From contig CAZNAA010000001.1 of assembly GCA_964571255.1 (NCBI GenBank), forward strand, positions 702,230 through 766,229: a DNA stretch of 64,000 nt, in the 5' to 3' direction. The position numbers and the translations under genes were made by a program. This DNA is from an uncultured Gammaproteobacteria bacterium. GTDB taxonomy: Bacteria > Patescibacteriota > Microgenomatia > Levybacterales > UBA12049. Shown here piece after piece: positions 20,328-30,367 of this stretch. How positions within the stretch are numbered: position 1 is the first letter of the stretch; every line of letters starts with the position of its first letter. A model generated the notes under the pieces. That model was not told where the DNA came from, searched no databases, and was given only the letters and a program-made list of their open reading frames with translations.

Positions 20328-20878
20328 TATTTTCCTCCTACAGCTTTAGCTGCTTTTCCTGCTTTTCGTCTAATTCGTTCTGTTGAATATTTAATTCCTT
20401 TTCCTTTATATGGTTCAGGTTTTTTAAAGTCTCTAATTTTTGCAGCTGCTTCACCAACGTCTTCAATCCGTATTCCTGAAACAATAATATTGTTTTCAAC
20501 TACTGCAATTTTTACTCCCTCTCGTGGAGTGAATTTCACTGGATGAGAGAACCCTAGAGAAAGAACTAAGGTTTCTCCTTGCATCTGAGCTCTATAACCT
20601 ACTCCAACGAGTTCTAGTTTTTTTTCAAATCCGACTGTTACTCCTTTGACTAAATTGTTTAAAAGAGCTCGAGTTAATCCATACATCGCTTTTTGTGTAA
20701 AGTCATCTTCATTTTCCATGACTACTCGAACAATATTGTCCTCAAGTAAAACCTTCATTCCTGATGGAATAGTCATTCCAAGCTGTCCTTTAAGACCTGA
20801 AACACTCACCTGTTTTCCATCAAGAGTAACAGTAGTGCCAGGTTCAAGTGTAATAGGAAGTTTTCCAATTTTAGACAT
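20327..20878 (-). CDS. rplF: 50S ribosomal protein L6
   Basis: MSKIGKLPITLEPGTTVTLDG; two L6 alpha/beta domains. Confidence 0.9.
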   Translation of the reverse strand: MSKIGKLPITLEPGTTVTLDGKQVSVSGLKGQLGMTIPSGMKVLLEDNIVRVVMENEDDFTQKAMYGLTRALLNNLVKGVTVGFEKKLELVGVGYRAQMQGETLVLSLGFSHPVKFTPREGVKIAVVENNIIVSGIRIEDVGEAAAKIRDFKKPEPYKGKGIKYSTERIRRKAGKAAKAVGGK

Positions 20879-20884
20879 ATAGTT

Positions 20885-21274
20885 TTACCAAACTTCAAAA
20901 AGAAGTTCTCCTCCAATTCCTTTTTTCGATGCATCTTTTCCAGTCATAACTCCTTGACTCGTGGTTAAAATACTCACCAATGATCTTTTTTGAGGAGTAC
21001 GAAGTCCTTTAGTATCGGTATACACTCGTAGCGATGGTTTTGAAACAATCGTTACATTATTGACAACAGGTTTTCGTCTGACATATCGAAGTTGTGCCTT
21101 AATTCCTCTTTTCCCATCAACTTCATTTTCACTTACCTCTGCAAGAAATCCTTCTTTAACAAGGACCTTTCCAATAGACAAAATAAGTTTTGAATAGGGC
21201 ATAGATACCTCATGACGACGAGCCATTGAAGCATTTTTAATTTTAATAATAAAGTCTGATACTAAATAATTCAT
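20885..21274 (-). CDS. rpsH: 30S ribosomal protein S8
   Basis: S8 family N-terminus and size; position between rpsZ and rplF. Confidence 0.9.
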   Translation of the reverse strand: MNYLVSDFIIKIKNASMARRHEVSMPYSKLILSIGKVLVKEGFLAEVSENEVDGKRGIKAQLRYVRRKPVVNNVTIVSKPSLRVYTDTKGLRTPQKRSLVSILTTSQGVMTGKDASKKGIGGELLFEVW

Positions 21275-21278
21275 ATAT

Positions 21279-21464
21279 TTACCAACTTGCCTTAAAAATT
21301 CCTGGCAATTCCCCCTTCATTGCTCGCTCTCTAAAACACATTCTGCATAGTCCGAATCGACGAATAAAAGCACGAGATCTTCCACAAATTCCACATCTAT
21401 TTACCATTCGAACGGTAAATTTCTGTTTTTTATTAAATTTCGCAATATCTGATGTTTTTGCCAT
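21279..21464 (-). CDS. rpsZ: 30S ribosomal protein S14 type Z (zinc-binding)
   Basis: 61 aa with [23 protein letters not shown] zinc ribbon. Confidence 0.9.
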   Translation of the reverse strand: MAKTSDIAKFNKKQKFTVRMVNRCGICGRSRAFIRRFGLCRMCFRERAMKGELPGIFKASW

Positions 21465-21506
21465 AGTGTTATTATACCCTAGAGTACAGCCTCAAACAAG
21501 CCTGTA

Positions 21507-22061
21507 TTACTTACTAGCCCCTTTCTCAAAAGGCATCCCCAAAATTGTTAAAAGAGCCCTTCCTTCGGTGTTATCTCTTGCACTCGTTACAATCACAATC
21601 TCAACTCCTTGTGCTCTTTCAACTGTTGTTGGATCAATTTCAGGAAATACGGTATATTCAGTAAAGCCAATGGAATAGTTTCCTCGTCCATCAAAACTAT
21701 TTACTTTTACTCCTCTGAAGTCTTTGAGTCGTGGAAGAACTACGTTTACAAATTTTTCGTAGAATGAATACATTCTTTTTCCTCGAAGTGTTACAGAAGC
21801 TCCAATAGCGTCTCCTTGGCGAAGCTTGAAACTAGCAATAGACTTTTTAGACTTATTGACTCGTGGATGCTGTCCAGTTACTACTTCCAAAACTTTAACT
21901 GCTCTTTCTACATTTTTCTTATCTCCCACTGCATCTTTAATTCCCATATTAATGACAATTTTCTCCAAATGAGGAATAGCCATAGGATTTTTAATCTTTA
22001 GCTCATCTTGAAGTTTGGCTGATAGAGTCTTTTTAAACTGATCGTATAGTGTTGTATCCAT
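21507..22061 (-). CDS. rplE: 50S ribosomal protein L5
   Basis: L5 core (VINMGIKDAVGDKK); start moved to an internal Met so the gene no longer overlaps rplX. Confidence 0.85.
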   Translation of the reverse strand: MDTTLYDQFKKTLSAKLQDELKIKNPMAIPHLEKIVINMGIKDAVGDKKNVERAVKVLEVVTGQHPRVNKSKKSIASFKLRQGDAIGASVTLRGKRMYSFYEKFVNVVLPRLKDFRGVKVNSFDGRGNYSIGFTEYTVFPEIDPTTVERAQGVEIVIVTSARDNTEGRALLTILGMPFEKGASK

Positions 22062-22065
22062 AATT

Positions 22066-22371
22066 TTAAATTTTTGCGCTACATTTTTTACAAATTCTAA
22101 CCTTTTTGTCTTTCTCCATAACATATCCTACTCTTGTTTGCTTTTTGCATTTTGGACAAATCAAAGCAATTGCAGCCAATGGAAGTGGCTTAGTAATGAT
22201 TTTAATCTCAGACTTTTGATTTGCATTCCGAGCTTTAACATGTTTTTTGTATTCATTCACTCCAGGAATAAGAACCTTATCCAGTTTTGCAAATACTTGC
22301 TCAACAGTTCCTTCTTGTCCTTTGTTTTTTCCAGAAACGATTTTAATGTGATCTCCTTTTATTAATTTCAT
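22066..22371 (-). CDS. rplX: 50S ribosomal protein L24 (KOW) with C-terminal CxxC...CxxC
   Basis: MKLIKGDHIKIVSGKNKGQEGTV KOW motif; tail ICPKCKKQTRVGYVMEKDKKVRICKKCSAKI. Confidence 0.85.
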   Translation of the reverse strand: MKLIKGDHIKIVSGKNKGQEGTVEQVFAKLDKVLIPGVNEYKKHVKARNANQKSEIKIITKPLPLAAIALICPKCKKQTRVGYVMEKDKKVRICKKCSAKI

Positions 22372-22375
22372 ATTT

Positions 22376-22750
22376 TTATACTACCTCTGGTGCCATACTC
22401 GCAATTTTCATAAATCCAGCATCTCGTACTTCTCGAGAGATTGGTCCAAAAATACGAGTTCCTTTTGGATTCTTATCTTTCGCATTATCAATAACTACAG
22501 CTGCATTATCAGAAAACCGAATATATGACCCGTCTGATCTTTTATGTTCTTTTCGAGTTCGAACGACAACTGCTTTTACCATCTCTCCCTCTTTTACTGT
22601 TCCATGAGGAATCGCTTGTTTCACAACGCAGTTTATCACGTCACCAACTCGACCAAATTTATGCCTAGATCCTCCGTACACTTGAATTACCATCAAGATG
22701 CGTGCTCCGGAGTTATCGGCAGCTGTTAACATACTTCTGTGTTGAATCAT
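22376..22750 (-). CDS. rplN: 50S ribosomal protein L14
   Basis: [17 protein letters not shown] canonical L14 N-terminus; start moved to an internal Met. Confidence 0.9.
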   Translation of the reverse strand: MIQHRSMLTAADNSGARILMVIQVYGGSRHKFGRVGDVINCVVKQAIPHGTVKEGEMVKAVVVRTRKEHKRSDGSYIRFSDNAAVVIDNAKDKNPKGTRIFGPISREVRDAGFMKIASMAPEVV

Positions 22751-22751
22751 A

Positions 22752-22988
22752 TTACTTTTCCTCTCCTCCTTTGAGTTTGAAATATTTGTCTTTTGACATT
22801 TTTCGAGTTTCCACAATAGAAACTTGTTGTCCAATTACTACATCCATTCCTGCTGGATCTACTTTGAACTTTTTACTTTTCTTCATCAGTTTTTTATACA
22901 ACGGATGAGGAGTTCGTCGAGTTACTTCCACCACAATGGTGTTTTGCATACTGGTTGAGGTTACTACCCCTTGTAATACTTTAGGCAT
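22752..22988 (-). CDS. rpsQ: 30S ribosomal protein S17
   Basis: OB-fold S17 pattern [16 protein letters not shown]. Confidence 0.9.
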   Translation of the reverse strand: MPKVLQGVVTSTSMQNTIVVEVTRRTPHPLYKKLMKKSKKFKVDPAGMDVVIGQQVSIVETRKMSKDKYFKLKGGEEK

Positions 22989-23190
22989 TCTGACTCATCT
23001 CCTTTCCTCTTTTAATCGTTAAGATAATAGCTAATTTGTCTTTCATACGATCTAGATACGTTGTATTCTTTAGCTTCATTTGTGCTTTTTCAAGCCGCAT
23101 ATCAGCAATTGATTGTCTTACTTCCTTTACTAATCCAACTAGTTCTGGAATTGTTTTTGTATGTAAGTCTTGTACGTCTCTTTTTTTCAT
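22981..23190 (-). CDS. rpmC: 50S ribosomal protein L29
   Basis: Small helical protein between rplP and rpsQ; L29-like N-terminus. Confidence 0.8.
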   Translation of the reverse strand: MKKRDVQDLHTKTIPELVGLVKEVRQSIADMRLEKAQMKLKNTTYLDRMKDKLAIILTIKRGKEMSQNA

Positions 23191-23192
23191 AG

Positions 23193-23609
23193 TTATATTG
23201 TTCTCATTTTTGAGATAATTTTCGTTTTTACTGGTAACTTGTGAGATGCAAGACGCAATGCTTCCATTGCTGTTTCATATGTCACTCCACCCATTTCAAA
23301 CAACACTCTGCCACTCTTTACTGGAGCAACGAACTCATGCACATCTCCTTTGCCTCCACCCATTCTTACCTCTGGTGGTTTTTTCGTGATTGGCTTATCT
23401 GGAAAAATCCGAATCCAAAGTCTTCCTCCTCGAGCCGTAAAGTGAGTAATTGCACGTCGTGCTGACTCAATTTGTCGACTTGAAATCCATCCCATTTCTT
23501 CAGCAACTAACGCCATGTCTCCATAGGCAAACTCCATCCCTCGTGTTGCAACACCTTTCATACTGCCTCTCATTTGTTTTCGATATTTTACTCTTCTTGG
23601 TGTTAACAT
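23193..23609 (-). CDS. rplP: 50S ribosomal protein L16
   Basis: [16 protein letters not shown]-terminus. Confidence 0.9.
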   Translation of the reverse strand: MLTPRRVKYRKQMRGSMKGVATRGMEFAYGDMALVAEEMGWISSRQIESARRAITHFTARGGRLWIRIFPDKPITKKPPEVRMGGGKGDVHEFVAPVKSGRVLFEMGGVTYETAMEALRLASHKLPVKTKIISKMRTI

Positions 23610-23612
23610 ATA

Positions 23613-24260
23613 TTATTTCTCCTCTGGAGCATTAATCCAGACTTTTACTCCAATGTATCCTTTTTTTGTTAATGCAGGATAACTTGCATACACAATATTT
23701 TCTCTAATCGTTGAGAGAGGAACGGTTCCTTGTTGGATTTTTTCCCGTCTTCCAATCTCTGCTCCTGCAATTCTTCCAGCAAGGGCAATTCGAACTCCTT
23801 TGGCTCCTGCACTCATTACTCTATCTGCTGATTGTACTAACACTCGTTTGTAAGGCAAACGACGAATCAGCATATCAGCAACGTTTTTTGCAACCAATGT
23901 CGCGTCCAAGTTTGGCTCTTTCACTGGTTCAATCTTTATCTCAACCTTTGGCAAAAACTTCTTTCCTGCTTTGGTCATGAAAAAACTCATAATGACTCTT
24001 TTCAACTCTTCAATACCACTTCCACCTCGTCCAATAACGATTCCAGGCTTAGCAACGTGAATGAGAATCTTAACAGTATTAATTGATCTCTCAATCTCAA
24101 CTTTAGCTACTCCTGCATTTTGGAGCCTATCTACTAACATCTTTCGAAGTTGGTAGTCCTCAAGTACTGTTTTGTTATATCCTCTTTCGTTAAACCATCT
24201 ACTTTGCCAAGTAGTAGTGGTATTTAATCTAAAAACTAATGCATTTACCTTATGTCCCAT
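23613..24260 (-). CDS. rpsC: 30S ribosomal protein S3
   Basis: MGHKVNxxxFRL N-terminus; KH domain. Confidence 0.9.
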   Translation of the reverse strand: MGHKVNALVFRLNTTTTWQSRWFNERGYNKTVLEDYQLRKMLVDRLQNAGVAKVEIERSINTVKILIHVAKPGIVIGRGGSGIEELKRVIMSFFMTKAGKKFLPKVEIKIEPVKEPNLDATLVAKNVADMLIRRLPYKRVLVQSADRVMSAGAKGVRIALAGRIAGAEIGRREKIQQGTVPLSTIRENIVYASYPALTKKGYIGVKVWINAPEEK

Positions 24261-24262
24261 AT

Positions 24263-24598
24263 TTATTTATTGTCTCCAACGATTATTCGAATATGTGTCA
24301 TTCTTTTTTTATATGGATAGACTCTTCCTCGCGTTGCTGGATGGAATCTTTTAAGAGATGGTCCTTCCATAATATCCACTGCAAGTAGTTTCAGCGCGCT
24401 TTTATCAGCCTGTGCGTTATTTACTGCATTCGCAACAGCACTCTCAATTGTTTTAATAAGAGGAGTTGCACCTCTTCGTGAAACCATAGAAAGCGTTGTT
24501 AAGGCTTGCTCAATACTTGCTCCACGAATCGTATCAGCAATATATCTTACCTTTCTTGGACTTACTGGTACTGATTTTGAAACTGCTTGTGCTTTCAT
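24263..24598 (-). CDS. rplV: 50S ribosomal protein L22
   Basis: L22 family pattern; position between rpsS and rpsC. Confidence 0.9.
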   Translation of the reverse strand: MKAQAVSKSVPVSPRKVRYIADTIRGASIEQALTTLSMVSRRGATPLIKTIESAVANAVNNAQADKSALKLLAVDIMEGPSLKRFHPATRGRVYPYKKRMTHIRIIVGDNK

Positions 24599-24605
24599 AT
24601 TCTTT

Positions 24606-24890
24606 TTATGTCTTAGTAATCTCTCGAGCTACGATTCTTCCGTGTGTTCTAAAGGTTCTTGTCAAAGCAAATTCTCCTAATCTGTGTCCAACCATTGATT
24701 CAGAAACAGAAACATTAATATGCACTCGTCCGTTATGAACTCCAAAGATATGCCCAACAAACTCTGGTGGGATTTGACAAGCTCTTGCCCACGTTTTGAT
24801 AACAGAATTATCTCCTGATTCTTTTTGCTTCAAAACTTTTTTCAAAAGTCTTTGATCAATATATGGTCCTTTTTTACTACTTCTACTCAT
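24606..24890 (-). CDS. rpsS: 30S ribosomal protein S19
   Basis: [19 protein letters not shown] canonical N-terminus. Confidence 0.9.
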   Translation of the reverse strand: MSRSSKKGPYIDQRLLKKVLKQKESGDNSVIKTWARACQIPPEFVGHIFGVHNGRVHINVSVSESMVGHRLGEFALTRTFRTHGRIVAREITKT

Positions 24891-25633
24891 TATTTCTTCT
24901 TTCTCCCTTGCAGGATATATTTATTCGAATATTTCTTTGGTCGTCGTCTCTTTCCAACAGCTGATGAACCAGCGTAGTTTTTCGGTGTTGGCATACCAAT
25001 TCCACTTCGTCCTTCTCCTCCTCCATGAGGATGAGATCTTGGATTCATCGCTACTCCTCGGACACTTGGCCGTCTCCCCATATGGCGAGCTCTTCCAGCT
25101 GAGCCTATCTCTTCGTTTTTCCAATCAACATTTCCAACTTGTCCAATGGTTGCATATCCTGTTGCAAATACTTTTCTCATTTCCCCAGATGGTAATTTCA
25201 AGTGAATATACTTTCCATCATGTGCTGAAACAACAGCTGCTGTTCCTGCTCCTCGAGCAAGTTGTCCACCTTTTCCAGGAGTGAGCTCAACATTATGTAC
25301 AACTGTTCCAACTGGAATTTTCTCAAGAGGAAGGGCATTCCCCACCTGAATCGTTGCCTCTTCTCCTGCTACTATTGTAGCAGCTACTCCAAGTCCCACT
25401 GGAGCTAAGATATATCTTTTTTCTCCATCAGGATAGAAAATAAGGGCAATATCACACGTTCTGTTTGGATCGTATTCAATTGCTGAGACTACTCCTTGGA
25501 TATCTCGTTTGTTTCTCTTAAAGTCAATCAGGCGAATATATCTCTTGTGCTCTCCACCCCGGTGTCTAACCACTACTTGTCCAGAAGAGTTTCTTCCTGT
25601 TAATTTTCTTTTTATTACCTTTAAGTTGTTCAT
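24890..25633 (-). CDS. rplB: 50S ribosomal protein L2 (N-terminally shortened)
   Basis: [18 protein letters not shown]...YDPNR and C-terminal HGGGEG; lacks ~28 aa of the usual N-terminus, and only 32 nt separate it from rplW. Confidence 0.9.
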   Translation of the reverse strand: MNNLKVIKRKLTGRNSSGQVVVRHRGGEHKRYIRLIDFKRNKRDIQGVVSAIEYDPNRTCDIALIFYPDGEKRYILAPVGLGVAATIVAGEEATIQVGNALPLEKIPVGTVVHNVELTPGKGGQLARGAGTAAVVSAHDGKYIHLKLPSGEMRKVFATGYATIGQVGNVDWKNEEIGSAGRARHMGRRPSVRGVAMNPRSHPHGGGEGRSGIGMPTPKNYAGSSAVGKRRRPKKYSNKYILQGRKKK

Positions 25634-25665
25634 AGTATCAAATTTTCTCCTTTAAATCAAAATTT

Positions 25666-25947
25666 TTACTCAGATAGACTAAATAAGTTAATCGTTTGTC
25701 CCTCTTTAAGCATGACACTGACCTTTTTTACTGGCATCACGTCTACCTTTGTTCTTCTTTGTCCCACTCGTTTTGTTTTTCCTTTTCGAGTAGTTGAGGT
25801 GATTCCTGTAACAGTTACTCCAAATTGCTTCTCAATTGTTTTTTTAATTGCTTCTTTTCGAGAAGAAACTGGAACAACAAAGGTATAGTTTCTTTTTCCT
25901 GCCTCATTCATTGATTTTTCAGTAATAACTGGTTTAATAAACATCAT
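25666..25947 (-). CDS. rplW: 50S ribosomal protein L23
   Basis: Size and position between rplD and rplB; L23-like core. Confidence 0.85.
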   Translation of the reverse strand: MMFIKPVITEKSMNEAGKRNYTFVVPVSSRKEAIKKTIEKQFGVTVTGITSTTRKGKTKRVGQRRTKVDVMPVKKVSVMLKEGQTINLFSLSE

Positions 25948-26624
25948 TACGATTGTCCTCCTGCAATTCGCTTTTCCAAACTTTCCAATGCTTCTTTCAT
26001 GAGAATTATTTTTTTGGCATTAATAATGTCATAACTAGTTACGTCCATGACACTAAAACACAGTACATTTTCCATATTTCGAACCCCTCTATAGACTCCT
26101 TTAGCACCAGCTGGAGTTAGAACAAGTGTTCGTCCCCTGGAATCTGAAAGTTTGCTAAAAAGAGTAACGTATGCCTTTGTTTTTGCTTCTATTTCTCCGA
26201 TTCCTTCAACTACTTTCACATTCTCAACAATACTACTAAAAGCGCTTTGAAGAGCTTTTTTTCTCATAACTTTAGATAGAGATTGTTCAAACTCCCGCTG
26301 GTGTGGTCCATGAGCTACTCCTCCTTTAACAAAGATAGGAGCTGACTTTGCACCATGTCGAGCTCGTCCTGTTCCTTTTTGACGATACCATTTAGCTTTA
26401 GTCATATTAATTTCTCCTCGTGTTTTGGTATCAAGAGTTCCTTGACGCTGATTGACCAAATAAATTTGGATTGCCTGTTTTAGGAGAGATTTATTGACAC
26501 TTTGTCCAAAAACACTTTCAGGAAGCACTACTGTTCCCGCTTTCTCACCAGTTACACTAAATACATCTACACTTAAGTGATTCGTTGTTGCTTTAGCTGT
26601 TTTTGCTGTAATTGATTTTGCCAT
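25947..26624 (-). CDS. rplD: 50S ribosomal protein L4
   Basis: L4 core WYRQKGTGRARHGA. Confidence 0.9.
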   Translation of the reverse strand: MAKSITAKTAKATTNHLSVDVFSVTGEKAGTVVLPESVFGQSVNKSLLKQAIQIYLVNQRQGTLDTKTRGEINMTKAKWYRQKGTGRARHGAKSAPIFVKGGVAHGPHQREFEQSLSKVMRKKALQSAFSSIVENVKVVEGIGEIEAKTKAYVTLFSKLSDSRGRTLVLTPAGAKGVYRGVRNMENVLCFSVMDVTSYDIINAKKIILMKEALESLEKRIAGGQS

Positions 26625-26626
26625 AT

Positions 26627-27541
26627 TTATTTACCTTCCTCAGTTTCTTCACTTTTTACTTCTTCAGGGGATGCGACGTCTTCACTTACTGGTGTTTCAT
26701 CAGCCACTTCAACCGTTTGCTCAAGAGGAGCTACTGCTTCCTCAGAAACAACTGCTTCCGTATTTTCTTCAATAGGAGCTTCCTCCACTTTTGTTTTCTC
26801 AGCAATTGCTTGAGACTGTGCATCTATTTTGGCTTGCTCTGCTTCTTCTTGAAGTCTTTTCTGCTCAGCTACTTCTGCTTCCTCACTCGTTGGTTGCAAC
26901 GGAACAAATTGCTTATCTTCCCCGATTTTTGTGACAATCACCATACTGTTTTTGACTCCTGGTACTAGTCCATCAATCAAAAGAAGCTTGGCAACAGGAT
27001 CCATTCCGACAATCGTCAGATTTTTAACGGTTATTGTATCTTGTCCCATGCGTCCTGCCATTCTTTTTCCTTTATATACTCGTCCTGGAGTGGTTGTTTG
27101 TCCAATAGATCCAGGATGTCTCTCTCTATCTGATTGTCCGTGAGTTCGAGGTCCACCTCGAAAATTATGACGTTTTACTACTCCGGCAAATCCTTTTCCT
27201 TTTGAAACTCCTGTTACTTGAACTTTATCTCCTGGTTGGAAAACAGTATCAACAGCTACAGTTGTTCCGACAAGATCAGTTTGAACATCAGCCATTCGGA
27301 ACTCTTTTAAATGATAAGACACAGTGTCAAACTGTGCCTTTTTTGCGTTTCCGAGTGCAGCTTTACTTGGGTTTTTCTTTGTCCCAAGTCCCATCTGGAG
27401 TGCGGTATATCCGTGAAGATCCTGGGTCTTAACGCCAGTTATACGGTTATCATCAATTTTAATAACAGTCACAGGTGTACGTTTCCCGTTTTGCAGGAAG
27501 CGCTGTGTCTGTATTTGTTTAATTCCAAGTAATGTGTTCAT
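26627..27541 (-). CDS. rplC: 50S ribosomal protein L3 with ~90 aa acidic C-terminal extension
   Basis: L3 core (VTVIKIDDNRITGVKT...GKGFAGVVKRHNFRG) then Glu/Ala/Val-rich tail. Confidence 0.9.
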   Translation of the reverse strand: MNTLLGIKQIQTQRFLQNGKRTPVTVIKIDDNRITGVKTQDLHGYTALQMGLGTKKNPSKAALGNAKKAQFDTVSYHLKEFRMADVQTDLVGTTVAVDTVFQPGDKVQVTGVSKGKGFAGVVKRHNFRGGPRTHGQSDRERHPGSIGQTTTPGRVYKGKRMAGRMGQDTITVKNLTIVGMDPVAKLLLIDGLVPGVKNSMVIVTKIGEDKQFVPLQPTSEEAEVAEQKRLQEEAEQAKIDAQSQAIAEKTKVEEAPIEENTEAVVSEEAVAPLEQTVEVADETPVSEDVASPEEVKSEETEEGK

Positions 27542-27665
27542 AATACAAAAAAAGATAGCTATAAGAGCTATCCTCCATGAGTTTATCCCTTAATAGGCAA
27601 TGTTTTACATTTTTACTAATATATAATATTCTTTGGGCATCTACGTAATGAAAATGCAACTTCCG

Positions 27666-27974
27666 TTACATTTTGATCTCAATATCAACTCCCGCTGGTA
27701 GCTCCAAATGTGTTAAACTGTCAATTGTTTTATCTGTTGGACTGACGATATCGATGAGCCTTTTATGGATTCGAATCTCGAAATGGTCTCGTGCATTTTT
27801 ATCAACAAAGGGAGATCTGTTTACTGCAAAGACACTTCGATCTGTGGGGAGAGGTACGGGTCCCACAATTTTAGCTCCGGTACGTATCGCCGTATCAAGG
27901 ATTTGTTGACAACACGAATCTATGACTCGTGCATCGTAACTTTTGAGTTTTACTCTAATTCTTCCTTTTGGCAT
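27666..27974 (-). CDS. rpsJ: 30S ribosomal protein S10
   Basis: [17 protein letters not shown]...[13 protein letters not shown]. Confidence 0.9.
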   Translation of the reverse strand: MPKGRIRVKLKSYDARVIDSCCQQILDTAIRTGAKIVGPVPLPTDRSVFAVNRSPFVDKNARDHFEIRIHKRLIDIVSPTDKTIDSLTHLELPAGVDIEIKM

Positions 27975-28000
27975 AATTCCAACAGACTGTTAAAGAACAC

Positions 28001-29179
28001 TTATTTAATGATCTTAGTAATCACTCCAGCTCCAACCGTTCTTCCACCTTCGCGGATAGCAAATCGGAGTCCTTCTTCAAGCGCTACTGGGACAATCAGT
28101 TGCACTACCATTTTAATACTATCTCCTGGCATTACCATTTCAACACCTTGTGGGAGAGTAGCACTTCCAGTTACATCAGTTGTTCGGATATAGAATTGTG
28201 GTCTGTATCCTGAGAAGAATGGAGTATGACGTCCGCCTTCTTCTTTCGTTAAGATATATACTTCAGCATCAAAATCAGTATGAGGAGTAATACTTCCTGG
28301 TTTTGCCAATACTTGTCCACGCTCTACTTGATCTTTTTCAACTCCTCGAAGAAGAAGTCCTACATTATCTCCAGCTTGTCCTTCGTCAAGTTGTTTTCTA
28401 AACATCTCAACTCCAGTAACAACAGTTGACTTGGTTTCAGTCATTCCAACGATTTCAATAGTTTCGTTTACTTTAACTACTCCTCTTTCAATTCTTCCTG
28501 TTACTACTGTTCCTCGTCCTTTGATTGAGAAAACATCCTCAACAGGCATTAAGAATGGTTTATCAAGTGCTCGAACTGGTGTTGGGACATAGTCGTCAAC
28601 AGCCTGCATGAGATCAAGAATCTTTTGTTCATATTCAGCATCTCCTTCAAGTGCTTTGAGTGAAGATCCGCGAATAATTGGAACGTCATCTCCTGGGTAT
28701 TTGTATTTTGTAAGAAGTTCTCGAACTTCCATTTCAACCAAATCCAAGAGTTCTGGATCATCAACCATATCGCATTTGTTAAGATAAACAACAATTGCAG
28801 GAACTCCAACCTGATAGGCAAGAAGAATGTGTTCTCGTGTTTGAGGCATAGGTCCATCTGGTGCTGAAACAACTAAAATTGCTCCGTCCATCTGTGCTGC
28901 TCCTGTAATCATGTTTTTGATATAGTCAGCGTGTCCTGGAGCATCGATATGGGCATAATGTCTGGTAGCTGTTTCGTATTCGTTGTGAGAAATGTTAATG
29001 GTGACTCCACGAGCTCTTTCTTCTGGGGCGTTATCAATATCTTCGTATTTTTTAGCTTCTGCCATTCCTGACTTTGCAAGAACAGTCGTGATAGCTGCTG
29101 TTGTTGTAGTTTTTCCATGATCGACGTGACCGATGGTACCGATATTTACGTGTGGTTTGGTTCGATTAAATGTTGCCAT
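28001..29179 (-). CDS. tuf: elongation factor Tu
   Basis: [21 protein letters not shown] GTPase motifs; 392 aa. Confidence 0.95.
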   Translation of the reverse strand: MATFNRTKPHVNIGTIGHVDHGKTTTTAAITTVLAKSGMAEAKKYEDIDNAPEERARGVTINISHNEYETATRHYAHIDAPGHADYIKNMITGAAQMDGAILVVSAPDGPMPQTREHILLAYQVGVPAIVVYLNKCDMVDDPELLDLVEMEVRELLTKYKYPGDDVPIIRGSSLKALEGDAEYEQKILDLMQAVDDYVPTPVRALDKPFLMPVEDVFSIKGRGTVVTGRIERGVVKVNETIEIVGMTETKSTVVTGVEMFRKQLDEGQAGDNVGLLLRGVEKDQVERGQVLAKPGSITPHTDFDAEVYILTKEEGGRHTPFFSGYRPQFYIRTTDVTGSATLPQGVEMVMPGDSIKMVVQLIVPVALEEGLRFAIREGGRTVGAGVITKIIK

Positions 29180-29290
29180 AGTTTTTCAAAAAATAAACTC
29201 ACGAATCATTCATGAGATTGATGTAATGATACTACATTTTCTATTTAGCGTCAATACCCTACTTCTAGAAGAAATATGTGTGAATTAGCT

Positions 29291-30367
29291 TCAGAAATAA
29301 GTGAATGCCCAGTAAGAAAAATTATTAACTCCATATTTTTGAAGCCAAGATTGTTTCTCTTTTACTGAATGATGATCTTCAAGCCAAATAATATGTTTTT
29401 TGCTTCCTAATGTATAGGTAACTTTTGTTTCTTCAGAATCTGAGTCTTTCAAGACAATGCAGCTACTACAATCGAGATACTTCTGCGTTATGACATTAGT
29501 ACTTAAGGCAACCCCTGCTTTGACTGTCTTGTTCTCTTCGTTTACTTCCCAATCGTATCCAAAATATCCAAAAGCAATATTGATCTTCTCAAGTGGCATT
29601 ATTTTTTGAGCATCTATTATTAGTTCTTTAAAATCATAGCCATATACTTCCCCTCCTGTTAATGGAAAGTTTGGTCCTGGATTTCCACTGGCTTTATGAA
29701 AATCATACGCCATAAAAATAACCTTATCACTCACTTTGGCTATGTCTTTAACATTAAAGGGACGGGGACGATAAAAAACGTCACCATACAGGGCTGTATA
29801 GAATTTCAAATTATCTTTTTTTGTTTTTTCTGAAAAAAAAGTCGTTAATGAAGTTACTTGCGTTATTAATGAGTCAAATGGAAAGACACTGTGTTCCAAA
29901 TCTAGTACTATTCCCTTCATTCCTCGTTCTTTGACAAGAGTTAAAGCTGAGTCAATCAGCTTTTCTTGCTCTCGTTTATTCTCAAGTATCTTTGTATTCT
30001 GCTCCCGATTTAGCATTCGAATCACAAGAAGTGACTTTTCTGGCTCTACATAACGAAGAAAGGAAGGAAGACGAGTATATCCTTCATCCGTCTGATCTAT
30101 GCCACTTTTTCCTGGAGTAACACCAAAGTAATAGTATTCTTCATACTTTTCATCTTTCAGACTAGAGCTAATTGTCCAGTAAGGGACAAAGACTGATTCG
30201 TACTTTGTTGTGAGGTTTTTTTCAGACAAAGAAGGAGAGTAAAAAGGGGTTGAAGGAAGTGAAATTCGCAAGTCAGATTTTATCTTTTGCTTAGCATAAA
30301 TTAGTCCATAATAAGTTCCTCCAAGAAAAAGGACAATAAGTATAATAAAAGAAATAAATTTTCTCAT
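29291..30367 (-). CDS. membrane-anchored hypothetical protein, possible glycoside-hydrolase-like domain
   Basis: N-terminal TM helix; GIVLDLEH resembles a degenerate GH18 DxDxE catalytic strand; assignment weak. Confidence 0.25.
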   Translation of the reverse strand: MRKFISFIILIVLFLGGTYYGLIYAKQKIKSDLRISLPSTPFYSPSLSEKNLTTKYESVFVPYWTISSSLKDEKYEEYYYFGVTPGKSGIDQTDEGYTRLPSFLRYVEPEKSLLVIRMLNREQNTKILENKREQEKLIDSALTLVKERGMKGIVLDLEHSVFPFDSLITQVTSLTTFFSEKTKKDNLKFYTALYGDVFYRPRPFNVKDIAKVSDKVIFMAYDFHKASGNPGPNFPLTGGEVYGYDFKELIIDAQKIMPLEKINIAFGYFGYDWEVNEENKTVKAGVALSTNVITQKYLDCSSCIVLKDSDSEETKVTYTLGSKKHIIWLEDHHSVKEKQSWLQKYGVNNFSYWAFTYF

